From Callorhinchus milii (taxonomy: Eukaryota), in the NCBI RefSeq assembly GCF_018977255.1, contig NW_024704742.1, positions 57,414,001 through 57,478,000 of the forward strand: a DNA stretch of 64,000 bases, read 5' to 3'. Shown piece by piece: positions 50,880 through 62,145 of the stretch; position 1 is the first letter of the stretch, and every line of letters starts with the position of its first letter. The translations under genes and the position numbers were made by a program. A model generated the notes under the pieces. The model was not told where the DNA came from and did not search any database. It saw nothing but the letters and a program-made list of their open reading frames with translations.

Positions 50880-51195
50880 ATGACACTCCAATGCAGTGAT
50901 GGGGCTGTGCTGCATTGTTGTCAGTGCTGTCCTTTGGATGAGATGTTAAACCAAGTTCCCATCTGCATGCTCAGATTGACATTAAAGATGCCAAGGCAAG
51001 ATTTGAAAAGAGAAGGGAATTTCTCTAGGCGTTCTGGCCAGCAATCCCCCAAATAAGATTGGTCCTTCCCTCCATTGCTGTTTGTGGGACATTGCTGTAA
51101 GCAATTTGGCTGCTGCATTCATCCACAAGACACACATTTACAATTTACTGTGAAGCACTTTGGGATGAAAGGCGCTATATTAAATGCAAGTTTTT
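50880..51195 (+). mobile_element. Deu-domain SINE, 5'-truncated
   Basis: CCTTTGGATGAGATGTTAAACCAAG...GAAAGGCGCTATATTAAATGCAAG. Confidence 0.75.
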
Positions 51196-51311
51196 TTTAA
51201 AATCTATTTTATCCCCGTATCCCTTACCGTGACTTATGGATTATAGCAGCCTGAAGACGCAGATTTGAACTACATTGATAAAAAGACAACACTGATGATA
51301 CAAAGATTAAA

Positions 51312-51456
51312 CCAAAGGCAAAGTACTGCTGATGCTGGAAATCTGGTATAAACACAGAAGTCGCTGGGAAAGTTATTGACCTGAAACATTACTTAATTTT
51401 CCTCTCTCTATGGATGCTGCCTGACCTGCTGTGTTTTTCCAGCTACTTGTGTGTTT
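51312..51456. mobile_element. Second Penelope-like hairpin insert with 14-bp TSD
   Basis: Contains GATGCTGGAAATCTG and GATGCTGCCTGACCTGCTG, with inverted GTATAAACACAGAAG / CTTGTGTGTTTATAC. Flanked by ATACAAAGATTAAA at 51298-51311 and 51457-51470. Confidence 0.7.
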
Positions 51457-52371
51457 ATACAAAGATTAAAGTTGTTTTCAGGGGCCCCAGTGACCCTGAT
51501 GTGTCCTGAATCTGTCTGGCATGGCCCTTCAAACACAGAATTCCTCCAGTGCAGCCACTAATCTAATTCCACCTCTGACCAAAGAAAACAGCAAAAGGTT
51601 TAATCTAACTGCTCCTCACACTTATTTTAATGTGCAGTTAGGAGCAGAATTCAATTCTAGATGGTAGTCAGTGATTTTAGAAAATGCTTAATTAGAACAA
51701 ACTTTCAAAGTTGTTAAAAGAGTAATTTTCCATGCAATATTCAAACTGAGTTCCTTTTACTAATGAAAAAATCTTAATTTCAAAGAATAGCTCATTCCTG
51801 AGTTTCATGCCTATTGCAATGTACTTGTTAGTTCTCTTTTGCAACTTGGTGCTGTTCTGGTTAACCTCACAATAAACTGATACTTCAGACAATGTGCAAA
51901 ACTAATTATTTTCTTTCATGTGTGGGAGAAAACCCTTTTACATCAAGACTAGCCTAACGAACCAATAACGGTTGAATGTTAGTAATCCTTGCATTTGAGA
52001 TATATCATTTTAGCACATTGTTGAAACATCGCAAAGTGATACACAGGATTTACTCTAAAGAATGGTAAGTGTATTTGTAGATAGTCACAGCAACCAATTT
52101 GAGCACAGTAGTGTTACTCAAAAAGTATAAAGTGAATAATTAATTTATTTGGAGGATTCTTGGCCAGGACAGAGTGAAAAAACCCTTTCTCTTTAAATAA
52201 AATGTTACAGGATTTTTATTGTCTAACTTAACAAGCATATATGGACCTCATTCAAAATCTCAACAACAACAACAAGATTACATTTGTATAGTGCCTTTCA
52301 TGCAGTACAAATTTAATATTTTGAATGCTACAGTATAAGAAAATAAGAAATAATGAAGATGCTCACTCTTG

Positions 52372-52712
52372 TCTTAAAATTCCTCCACTCCTCTGCACGC
52401 CCCTACCTCTCTGACCTCCTATCTCCTCACACAGAGCTCGTTGCCTTCACTCCACTGGGTCTGGCCTCCTCCTTGTCCCCCGAATCTTCCGTGTCTCCAT
52501 CGGCGGCCGTGCCTTCAGCCACTACACCCTGAGGCTCACTCCCTTCGCCTCACCCCCTCTATTGCTGTTTTCAGGTCTTGGCTGACGAACCACGCCTTTG
52601 GTCACCTTCCTCTCCCTCCCCCTGGCTCGGCCCCGGGATCCGTTACTGTGAAGCGCTCTGAGACGCTGCCCGGCGTGGAGGGCGCTGTGGAAATCCAAGT
52701 TGTTGTTGTTGT
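52372..52712 (+). mobile_element. L2 LINE 3' fragment
   Basis: Reverse complement of the 47435-47800 subfamily. (TTG)n tail. Confidence 0.88.
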
Positions 52713-53853
52713 TCTTAGGCTGAAGTAAATAATAAAATAATAATATTCCATGGATTTGATGCTGCACTTTTCACATCAAAAGGATGCCTCAAGATGCTTC
52801 ACAGGGTTTATTATGAAGTGTAATGTGTTTGCAGGCAAATTCAACAGCCAATTTGCACATAGCAATTTCATATTCACGTTAAGTGAATGAACAATTTTAT
52901 CAGTAGAATTACAGAGGGCAACAGAAGGGCAGATTTCAGCAAACCATTCATATGTGTCTAACTATATTAATACGAGATGCTAGCTGAAAGACCAATAGAT
53001 GCTGTAAAAGGATACGTGTGTTGAATAGATTCTTCACATTAATCTTCACAAGTGAAGACTGGTCAGAAGGCCAGTCACTTTGGCTCACTGAATTATAGCA
53101 TAAGAAGATTTGAGTAAACCAAATGGAGAAATCTGAAGAAATAAATCAGAGAAATACTTCTTGCCACTAAGTATAGCCTCGGCGATGTGGGTTTATAATG
53201 GAATTTCCTAATGCTTATGCCAAATATGCTGCACTTAGCACAGGAGGAATTTCAACCCCTAAATGTTTATAAGGCAATTGAGGCAGATTAGATGATCTTA
53301 AAAGCCTCAAGGATTACAAATGAAAAAAAAGATGAGGCCTTGGTGAATATTTTTTAAGACTGGAGAAAAGTCTTATACCAGTTTTCTAAAAGGAAAGAAA
53401 TTACTCTGACACTCTCATTTGCTGGAGAAGGCCACTTGGCTAAATTACTATAGGGAAAAAGGGAAGAGCACATGAGGAGCAGCATATTTTCCTAGGGATA
53501 AATAGGGTAGAAAAATATGCAACTAATGGACTTCTCTCTTTGTGGAGACAAAACATCATGTACAGAATTAAAGAGAACTATTCACAAGTGATGGAAATAA
53601 ATGGACGAAATAGATACAGCATCGAAAGTGCCTTATTCAATATTACTTTCTATCTAAGTGAAATTCCAACATGTCCAACCTAAATACTCACTTGCAAAAT
53701 AAGATGGTGAGTATTTATTTTGATAGCAGAAATGTGCCACTTCATGTAGCCAAATTTAAAAGGTCGGTCAACAATCCATAAGGGTCTGCTAGGACAAAAA
53801 CAGTAGTTCTTGCCATAACTGGATAGGATCTGGCAGAAGTGGCGTCTGATTTG

Positions 53854-54210
53854 CAACAACATCAACTTGCATTTATATAGAACCTTCATGTGGGGTAGTG
53901 TCTTGGAATACTTAACAGTGGCAGAGATTGATGCTGAGCTGAGGGAGGGAGGAGGTGATGGTAAGCATGGTCGAAGAGGAAGGTCTTCAGTCATGATCTG
54001 AAAAAGAAGAGGGGGCAAGGTGGAGGAATTGAGGGAGAGAGTTCCAAAGTTTCGGGACGTAATGGCTGGAAGCATGGGTGCCAATAGTGGAGCTGGGGAG
54101 ATTGGCGAGGAGGGCATTGGAATAGTCAAAGCGGGAGGTGATGAAACCATGGACAAGGGTTTTGGCTGCATTGGGTGTGAGGTACAGTCGGAGGTGGGCA
54201 ATGTGATAGA
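53854..54210 (-). mobile_element. L2 3' fragment with internal deletion
   Basis: L2 3' UTR joined directly to LVHGFITSRFDYSNALLA-like sequence. Confidence 0.75.
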
Positions 54211-55254
54211 GATTTATGATATTTCCTAACTAGACTCATTCATAAGAAATCCTGTTGGAATACCTTTTCATCAATGTAAACTCTGCTCTGGGGTGCAGTT
54301 TCCACAGGTCAACATGACATAATTTTGGTTACTGGAAGGAATCCCAATTCGGATGATTCTAATTTCTTATTAAACAATCTTGTGGCGAAATATCGCATAT
54401 TAGGCTCCACCCCAAGATGAGCATTATTAACTGCATTGTTATATATGTACAGAAATATATCCTATTGAGAAGTATGTTTAGCACTGTGTTGTAAAGGTAA
54501 TTGTTTTATTTTGTTTCTTATATTTTGTGTGTTAGAAAGAATGTTTAATGTTTTGTGTAACTGACCACTTTCTATCTCCCTGCTAGTATGTGTTATCGGT
54601 GTTGGTGATAAGTGTAGTATTGTGAGGTTCCTTATATCACAAATACTGGTACTGTCAGCTGGATGGGAGAAATTGGATGTTGCTTTCAACATGTTACATC
54701 CAGAAAACGGATGTTGTTTTCAACATGTTACAATACCTGTAGGTAGAGTTTGTTCTCTTCTTTGAAGCACATCATTAAGTTTGCTAGAATTGTTTTCTGC
54801 ACTTTCTGTAAGATGATTGAAAGCATGGCCAAAGAGGAAAGTCTTGAGAAGGACCTTGATCTAGGTGAGGGAGGGGGGGAGCTTCACTGGCTCCCATCCC
54901 CAAGAAGGGTCTTGAACTCACAAACTTTGGACTTTGAATCAAGCCAGGCTGACATCTGAATTGGTGTGAAACCAACTGAAACCAAGTGAAATTACTGGGT
55001 GATTTCTTTAGCCTTGTTTATTGTCACGTTTTACTATAGTAATAGGCCCTGATTCACAAGTATGCACAAAATAATGAGATCTTTGGCCTATAGCAGATTG
55101 TTTGAAAGTAATCCTCAAAAGTGTCAAGTAGGTGAATCCTGGTATTGATATCAACAGGGAATCTGAGGTGAACCAATATGTTTTTTAACGTTTGAATTGC
55201 ATTTGCAGGGATGTATAGAGTGCCCTTATTCACTTCGGTATCTGCCTCTTTCAG

Positions 55255-55434
55255 GACGAAATACTGAAATACACCAGATGACTGGAAACTACATGTGGGA
55301 TAAGAAAACAAACAAGTTGTTCCTGATTGGTGAGAATGAAGACAGTCTGCTACCTTTCTGGTGGAATGGATCGGAGCCATTTTGGGTTACCATGATGAAG
55401 AATAAGAGAAATGTTTACATGTATTACTGGCCAG
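55255..55434 (+). CDS. ENPP6: ENPP6 coding exon 2 (180 nt)
   Basis: TTTCAG acceptor. Translates (G)[59 protein letters not shown](G). Donor G|GTCAGT. Phase 1-1, continuous with exon 1. Confidence 0.97.
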
Positions 55435-55769
55435 GTCAGTACAGGGTAGCCCTTTTTGAATGTTTGGTTGAGCACGGGTTCACTTAGAGCATAGGTGTAC
55501 TGTGCCAACTGTGTTTTCGGTGATGACTAGCACTTAAAAATGGCTAACATTTGGGTCATCAGATCATCATTTCCTGCATCTTGCATGCTTGTTTAATGCA
55601 AAGGAAGCGACTCTCATGTCACTTCCTGCACACTGGGCATTTTGGTTTATGCACAGGAAGTGTCTCTTATGACACTCTCTTAAAACCCCTTCTGAGAAAA
55701 TATGTATTAATTTTTTTATAGAAACAGTCTTAAAGAAATCTCATCTATTATTGTGTTTATTTGAATTAG

Positions 55770-55881
55770 GTTGTAATGTTGAAATCCTGGGTGTGAGGCC
55801 TAATTACTGCCGAGATTACTATTATTATGTGTCAGATAAAAATTTTTCAATTGCCGCCTCGGAAGCCATTGATGTTTTGGG
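55770..55881 (+). CDS. ENPP6: ENPP6 coding exon 3 (112 nt)
   Basis: TTAG acceptor. Hand translation (this frame is not in the ORF track): (G)CNVEILGVRPNYCRDYYYYVSDKNFSIAASEAIDVL(G). Donor GG|GTAAGT, phase 1-2. Matches ENPP6 GCEVEILGVRPTYC as I recall it. Confidence 0.95.
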
Positions 55882-56514
55882 GTAAGTCCTACACAGAGTT
55901 GCATTTGTATATTCAAACTATACATTTCAAATTGTCCGGGAAAAGAGACAGCATTGTGCAGGCCAATAACAAATGTTATATGCGATATTTTAAACTATGC
56001 TATAGTTTCTCATTAGAATAGGGAGAAATTCCACATGTTTCTGCATGTTTCTCACCATTAAAAAAAACCCTTAACCTTAAATCTGCAAAATAAATTACAC
56101 ACAATTGCCTTTGTTTAAGTAAGCATACACACTAGAGCAGAATTGCTATTTTATATTGAGAAGATATCACAGATTTGCCTGAGGAGGGCACTAGTTATGT
56201 AAGTCTGACACTCATTAGGAAAGCTGAACTGATGTCTGAGAAAGACAACATAAAAGTTGCACAGCAAATGTGCTGGAACAGGCACTGGGGAGCCAAGAAT
56301 TGTTAGTGTCCTTGCCTCCAGCATATCCAGGGAGCATTCAATGTGATAAGAATCCATTCTGTTGCTAATTAACCCAAATGAAAAATGAGTAATGGTAGAA
56401 ATCTAAGAGATCAGTCATTAATTGGAAGAAACATATTCTCTATTCCAATGTTAAGCTAGGAAATTAGATTTGAACCCATTATATCCAACACTGAACACTA
56501 ATACCATATTCACC

Positions 56515-56625
56515 ATTTTTGTATTGGTCAGGTGGGTATCTGATACATGTGGAAACCCATCACTGTGCTCATAGGTATCCAAACCAGACTGAGAGTTTCA
56601 CATATGTTTGCCACCTATATGTGGA
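56515..56625 (-). repeat. Family X end fragment
   Basis: TTGGTCAGGTGGGTATCTGATACATGTGGAAACCCATCACTGTGCTC...ATCCAAACCAGACTGAGAGTTTCACATATG. Confidence 0.75.
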
Positions 56626-57119
56626 CACCCTTATTCACCGAAGTACTGAATGTCTTTTTGATACTCTGTCTCCCTGTAACAAAAATGGATGTTGAAACTC
56701 AGAGTTTAAGAAATTTGACTTTTTCATCTTTGACTGTTTCTGAACTTTCTTTCTCCATGTATTGAGCTGAGATTGATATGTGGGATAGGAAGAATGCTGA
56801 TCCCTTCTCAGATAAATGGCTGATCTTGTATGCAAAAAATATATACCCTGTATAAATCAAATTGTATAATTATAAGACATAAATAGTAATCAGTAGAAAT
56901 CATGAGGGAAATTGCATAAGTTCTTGGAAACATCTGTACATTATTTTGTGATGTTCTGACTTAAGATATCCATGCTTTCAGACTTAGGTAGCTTGGCTGA
57001 ACCAGCCAAGATCAAATTTTGTCTGAATAAAATCTAAAACAGCTGTAGAAATACTGAACATTTTCAAAGTTGGAATATTCAACCGCAATTCATATATGGG
57101 TGTAATGGAAATTAAAGTC

Positions 57120-57420
57120 CTGGGTGGCACTGAGCCACACAGACCAAAGGATCCCAGATGTCACCCCACCCCCTCCTCAACCCCACTCCTTTGTCTGTGT
57201 TAATTTGCTTGATCTCACCTGGAGCAGCAGTCATTTGGCTTCAGCAATCCTAGGAAAGAGGGGGGACAATCAGCCAAGGTTTGTGCTCCTGATTGCTATC
57301 CAGAAACTCTGGCTGGAAATTGACTGTTTGATGAAGTTATTATTGGACTCAGTTGTGATGCTTCTATTCGTGTAAGAATAGCCACTGATGTTTACTGTCT
57401 AGGTTGGGATGTTGGAAATC
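57120..57420 (+). repeat. Old SINE-like family Y copy
   Basis: CACTGAGCCACACAGACC...GCTTGATCTCA...AATCAGCCAAGG...CTCCTGATTGCTATCCAG. Related pieces at 26790, 30650, 61960 and 63800. Confidence 0.5.
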
Positions 57421-57559
57421 AGCCACTTCAAGGAGTTGCTATAGCAGTCTATAAACATGGAGCTGTACCTCAGCATGATCTATTACCCTGAAGAAAGGGG
57501 AGTCAAAATTATACAGAAACTCAGATTGTTTTCCTTTACCCAATTTATGGTCAGCTGGG

Positions 57560-57715
57560 CTTTTTTTTCTTAGGTCAGCTGGGTTTCAGACACAGGCGGA
57601 AACCCATCACCGTGCTAAAGAATATCCAAGAATATAGACTGCGAGTTCCATGTATGCCACCTAGACGTGGAAATTTCCATGTCTGGAGTGGAATGCACAC
57701 TCTTTCCATGTCTAC
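57560..57715 (-). repeat. Family X end fragment
   Basis: GGTCAGCTGGGTTTCAGACACAGGCGGAAACCCATCACCGTGCTAAAG...GGAGTGGAATGCACAC. Confidence 0.75.
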
Positions 57716-58189
57716 AGTGGACAATTAGAGGAGGAGCAGGGATGGCACTGGCATTCCTGGCATCCCACCAATGGCAGGGGTGGGTGGGTGGGTGGGGGTG
57801 CGTCACCACAGGGCAAGGTGCTAAAGTACATTGGCACCAGGTACACAACTGTTTGCTTCTTGAACATGCCATAGAAGCAACCCTACCTTTGGCAGCAAGG
57901 AGACAACTTAAACTCTACATAATTCAAGTAACATTGCAAAACTTACTAGTCTTATTCATGTTTGACCTTAGTGGAAAAGTACAAATCAATTTGTTTCATA
58001 TGTGTTTTTTTAAATGGTGTAGATAGAAGAGTTAATCTATAAGTACATACTGGCTCAAGTCAATGTATAAATGTGCATGTTAACTCAAGGGAATCCTTTG
58101 GTATGACCGACTTGTAATAAAATGCTTTTGGAAATTTGGAATGAAATACATGAATTAATTTGAAACGGACTGTATACCAGAGCAGCTTG

Positions 58190-58328
58190 TGCGCACACAG
58201 CAGTGCACACACTCCCCCCCCACCCCCCACACACACCACACACACCAGCGCACACATACACCCACCCACACATACACCCACACACGCCACATACACCAAA
58301 TCGCATATACACATACCACACACACACG
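58190..58328 (+). repeat. Degenerate (CA)n / CA-rich low-complexity tract
   Basis: CACACACCACACACACC...CACATACACC. Confidence 0.85.
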
Positions 58329-60062
58329 TTCTATTTCTGTGAAATCTACAACTAAGCCAATGCACCACACTTGTGTTGATTCCCTTCATGCCAAAGTTTT
58401 GTGGAAATCATTAAATATTCATGTCAAATTCCAAGAAAGTGCACAAGTTTGCACATTTCACAGTTCCCACGAGAAACTGGGGGGGTGGTTACATTTGAAA
58501 TAGAACTGTTTTTTCCCATTGTGTAGTTAAATATAATTTTATAGTGTACGTTGGTAAAATAAATGTGTTTTATCCCCAACTCAATCAGAACTGAGCCACA
58601 TTCAGAGAGCACTGATGCTCGGGTGCTGTTAATTAACACAATTTAATAACAGCAGAAAGCATTATTACCTCTATAATATAAAACTTCTGGGCTATATGAA
58701 ATGACTGCAACCTTGTTTACAGATGTACAGTATCAGTGTAAAGGTTGTGGAATCCCTGAAGTCAGTTCTTCAGAAACTAAGTCAATGTTTTACTGTACAG
58801 ATAATTTTAGTTATTTAAATGTTCCTCTCCATAAATGACTATGTCTTGCTTGCTCACTCGCTCCCTCTCTGCTGCTTTCAAAATCCGTCTGAAAACCTAT
58901 ATTCTTGACAGTGACTTTGACATCCTCCCCCTCCAATCTCACACTCTGATCGAGCTTCCACCTCACCTTCGTAAAATACTTTGAGACATTGTCCTACGTG
59001 AAAGGTGTTGTAATAATTGATGGCTTTTGTGTTGTTGTGAACTGGATAAAAATAAAACCAGCCATGAAATAAAGCCAGCAATTTAAATCTTGCATTTGAT
59101 GTAGCACTTTTCATGTCACGAGGATGTCTCAAAGTGCTTCACAGTATTTTACAGTGAAGAGTAATGACTGTATATTTTCTAGGTGAACGAAAGTCAGTAT
59201 GTTCTTAATTAATGGTTAACATTCTCCCACCGGACATCCTGGAAGGATAATAATAATAACCCTTGCATTTGATATAGCGCCTTACAATGTCTTTGAGACG
59301 ACTCAAAGCGCTTCACAGAATATACTGTATATTTTGTGGGCAAAATGCGGCAGCCAATTGCGCACAGCAGTGTCCCACAAATAGGATTAAAGTGACCAAT
59401 TTATTATTATTGTTTTGGATGGGGGAAGGAAGGGGAGAAAACAGCCCTCTTGACACAAGCGAATGAGCTTCATTTTATTTTTAACCAAATTGGATATATT
59501 TACTAACATTTTCTAACATGAATACAACAGTAATTGACATTTAACCCAGAAGCATAATTTCTGTTTCATTTTTTAGGGGAAGCTTTGCCGTTAAATTCCA
59601 AAGGAGTGAGTTCTGATTTGCAGATCCGCTGTTTCCACTTTGGCCCCATTGACCTCAACACAGAAATCATGTGTTTGGCCTCTGCTTTTGCCAAGTGTGT
59701 CATTCCAATAGAAATTAAGTAGTTTTGATTGCCCTGGTTCAATGCTAGAGAATGGGAAACAGATTTTTTTTCCTTTAAGAAAAACATGTTGCAGACGAAG
59801 CAGGGCCAGCATGAGGACAGACTGCAGAGTGACATTCCTTGTGATGATCCCCCCAAAATAAACTGGAATAATGTTTTTATAAGATGTCTATTTTACTTTT
59901 GTGCATTGTGTTGTCTTATATGACAACATTAGACAGTATTTAATGTTGGATTTTGACTGTGGAGCTCTCTTTATCTCACTCACATATGTGGACTTATACA
60001 CACATAACCATGCACCCTTACGCACACACAGGTGCTCACAGATATGTACACACATACACAAA

Positions 60063-60190
60063 TATGTGTAGGTGGCATGCATATATGGAACTCTCAGTCT
60101 GGTTTAGATAATCTGAGTATGGTGATGTAGTATATATTAAGTATGGTGATGGGTTTCTGCAAGTATCAAACACTTGGCTGACCAAAGAAA
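60063..60190 (+). repeat. Family X end fragment
   Basis: TGTAGGTGGCATGCATATATGGAACTCTCAGTCTGGTTT...GGTGATGGGTTTCTGCAAG...TTGGCTGACCAAAGAAA, with a short internal duplication of GTATGGTGATG. Confidence 0.75.
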
Positions 60191-60592
60191 GCCCCGCACA
60201 CAAACATATGCACCCCTTACATTTATACATACAAATAAGCAGAAAACAATAGGAGTCTGTGTGACGCTCATTAAATTACATGAGAACATTTATTCTATAT
60301 TTATATGTCTAGCTTAGGTAAAACTGTAATTTCATACACCAGCTTTCCTTATTTTTGTACCTGGCCAATGCCTGTTACAAACTGACACAACAACCCATCA
60401 GAAATGCTTTTTCGTGCACCCCAAAAATGTTCCCCCCCAAAAAATCTTCAAGCTGAAAAGGTTTATCAAACTTTTTTTGCACTAAGTAATGTTACAATTT
60501 AAAAAAAAGCCAAATTTTAAAATATTACATTGTCTTTCTTCTCTTCAAAACATTTCTACTGTTTATTAAACAATTAACATTTTTCTAAGCAG

Positions 60593-60734
60593 ACAGGGAA
60601 AAGCAAACCTGGCAGCAGTGTATTATGAGCGAGTGGATGTTGAAGGCCATTCCTTTGGTCCCTGGTCAGAGCAAAGGAAGAATGCCACAAGAGCATTGGA
60701 TAAGATGTTGCAAGAGATGAACTTGAAATTGAAG
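60593..60734 (+). CDS. ENPP6: ENPP6 coding exon 4 (142 nt)
   Basis: AAGCAG acceptor. Translates (G)QGKANLAAVYYERVDVEGHSFGPWSEQRKNATRALDKMLQEMNLKLK, with the DxxGH Zn ligands. Donor AAG|GTTAGA, phase 2-0. Confidence 0.95.
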
Positions 60735-61029
60735 GTTAGAAATGTACAAGTAACAACATTAATTCCTAGAAATACAGGTTATCAGAGCACAACATCTCAA
60801 CAAGGGTTACCTATCTCTCTTTAAGATCCTGTCAGTAATATGCTGCTCAATTTGTCAGCAGGAATTGCACCTTTGATAATATTCACCAATCTATCTGACA
60901 GTACAAACCTCACCACAGAATCTCACGAGAAGGTCTAACATTACAAAATTCCCCTTGAAAATAATTGGGCCATTCATTGTTCTTTCGAAGAATTTCCAGG
61001 AGACTATTGGGATGTGCTGAAAAAAGCAC

Positions 61030-61330
61030 CTCTGAGTGGGTTCAATCCCATGTCGGAAAGTGGAAAACTCATATAATTTAGGGGGTCCACTGCTGGGGTG
61101 TGCTGTATTTTTAGAGATGCTGTCCTTCAGATGAAACTTTAACTGAGGTCTTGTCTGCCTGTTTAGGTGATCGTTAAAGATCCCATGGCACTATTCATAA
61201 AGTGAAGAGAGTCTCTTCTGGTATCCTGGCCAATAATCCTGGATAAAATTAGACATTCACTTCATGGCTGTTTGTGGTACATTGCTGTGTGCTAATTGAT
61301 CACTGCGCTTGTCCACAAAATGTACAGTCT
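61030..61330 (+). mobile_element. Deu-domain SINE
   Basis: CCTTCAGATGAAACTTTAACTGAGGTC...AAAGATCCCATGGCACTATT. Confidence 0.7.
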
Positions 61331-61403
61331 AATATTTTGCATAAATATATAGTTACTTTTATAGTAAATCATGCAAGTTACTTTCAGACATTCTCTTGTG
61401 CAT

Positions 61404-61720
61404 GCAGGGCAAAATGTTGGGCAAGTTTCCTTACTCCACATGCCTCTGTTTACCTAGTAGTAAGTAGGAACCCGGTTGTTAGTCGATTGGTGGATCGCTT
61501 TTCCGGGGATAATAATCCCTAAAAAAAAAAATTTGATCACTCAATCCACGACTGTTTGTGGGATACTGCTGTGTGGAATTGGCTGCCACATTTCGCCCAC
61601 AAATACACAGTCAATTCACCTTACAGTATATTCTGTGAAGCGCTTTGAGACGCCTGGAAGCCGTGAAAAGCGCTATATCAAATGTAAGGATTATCAGATG
61701 TCAAATGTAAGGATTATTAG
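61404..61720 (+). mobile_element. S1 SINE lacking most of the tRNA head
   Basis: GGGCAAGTTTCCTTACTCCACATGCC...GTGAAAAGCGCTATATCAAATGTAAGGATTA, with a duplicated tail. Confidence 0.88.
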
Positions 61721-61959
61721 TTTTTCTTTTTCCACATCAGCTTTATCCTTTCCTGGTTCTCCCCTGAAACACTTGATTCCTCTTTTGTTTGTACAGAGAT
61801 ACAATTCCACACGGGCTAGTTGTCCAGTGGGACCCTATGTAAATTGTCATTTTTCAAAATCAGTGTCAGTAGGTAGATTTTTAATTGCAGGGGGTACATC
61901 AACAATTTGCACTCAATATATGGTTTTTCAAGTAGGAGAATGTATACAAAACACACTAT

Positions 61960-62145
61960 AAGGGAATGATCAGGACTGAGATTGTCATTCTGATTTCATC
62001 CAGGATGCCAAGACCAATTGTAACATCCCATACTGTCTCCCCACTTGGGACCAGCTAAATCAGTAAGAGAGTGGGGATCAAGACTGTGATCTTCCCTGTC
62101 TGCATGGCTCAACTATTTACTTTTAAATTCACTGAGCCATCGGGG
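61960..62145 (-). repeat. Old SINE-like family Y fragment
   Basis: GATCAGGACTGAG...GACCAATTGTAAC...CAGCTAAATCAG...TCTGCATGGCTCAAC...CACTGAGCCATCGGGG. Confidence 0.45.

Noticed and set aside
58060..58503. Overlapping ORFs rich in CV/HT
   Set aside because: Translation artefacts of a CA-rich low-complexity tract.
61476..61961. 161-aa ORF
   Set aside because: Chance read-through from a SINE into intron sequence.
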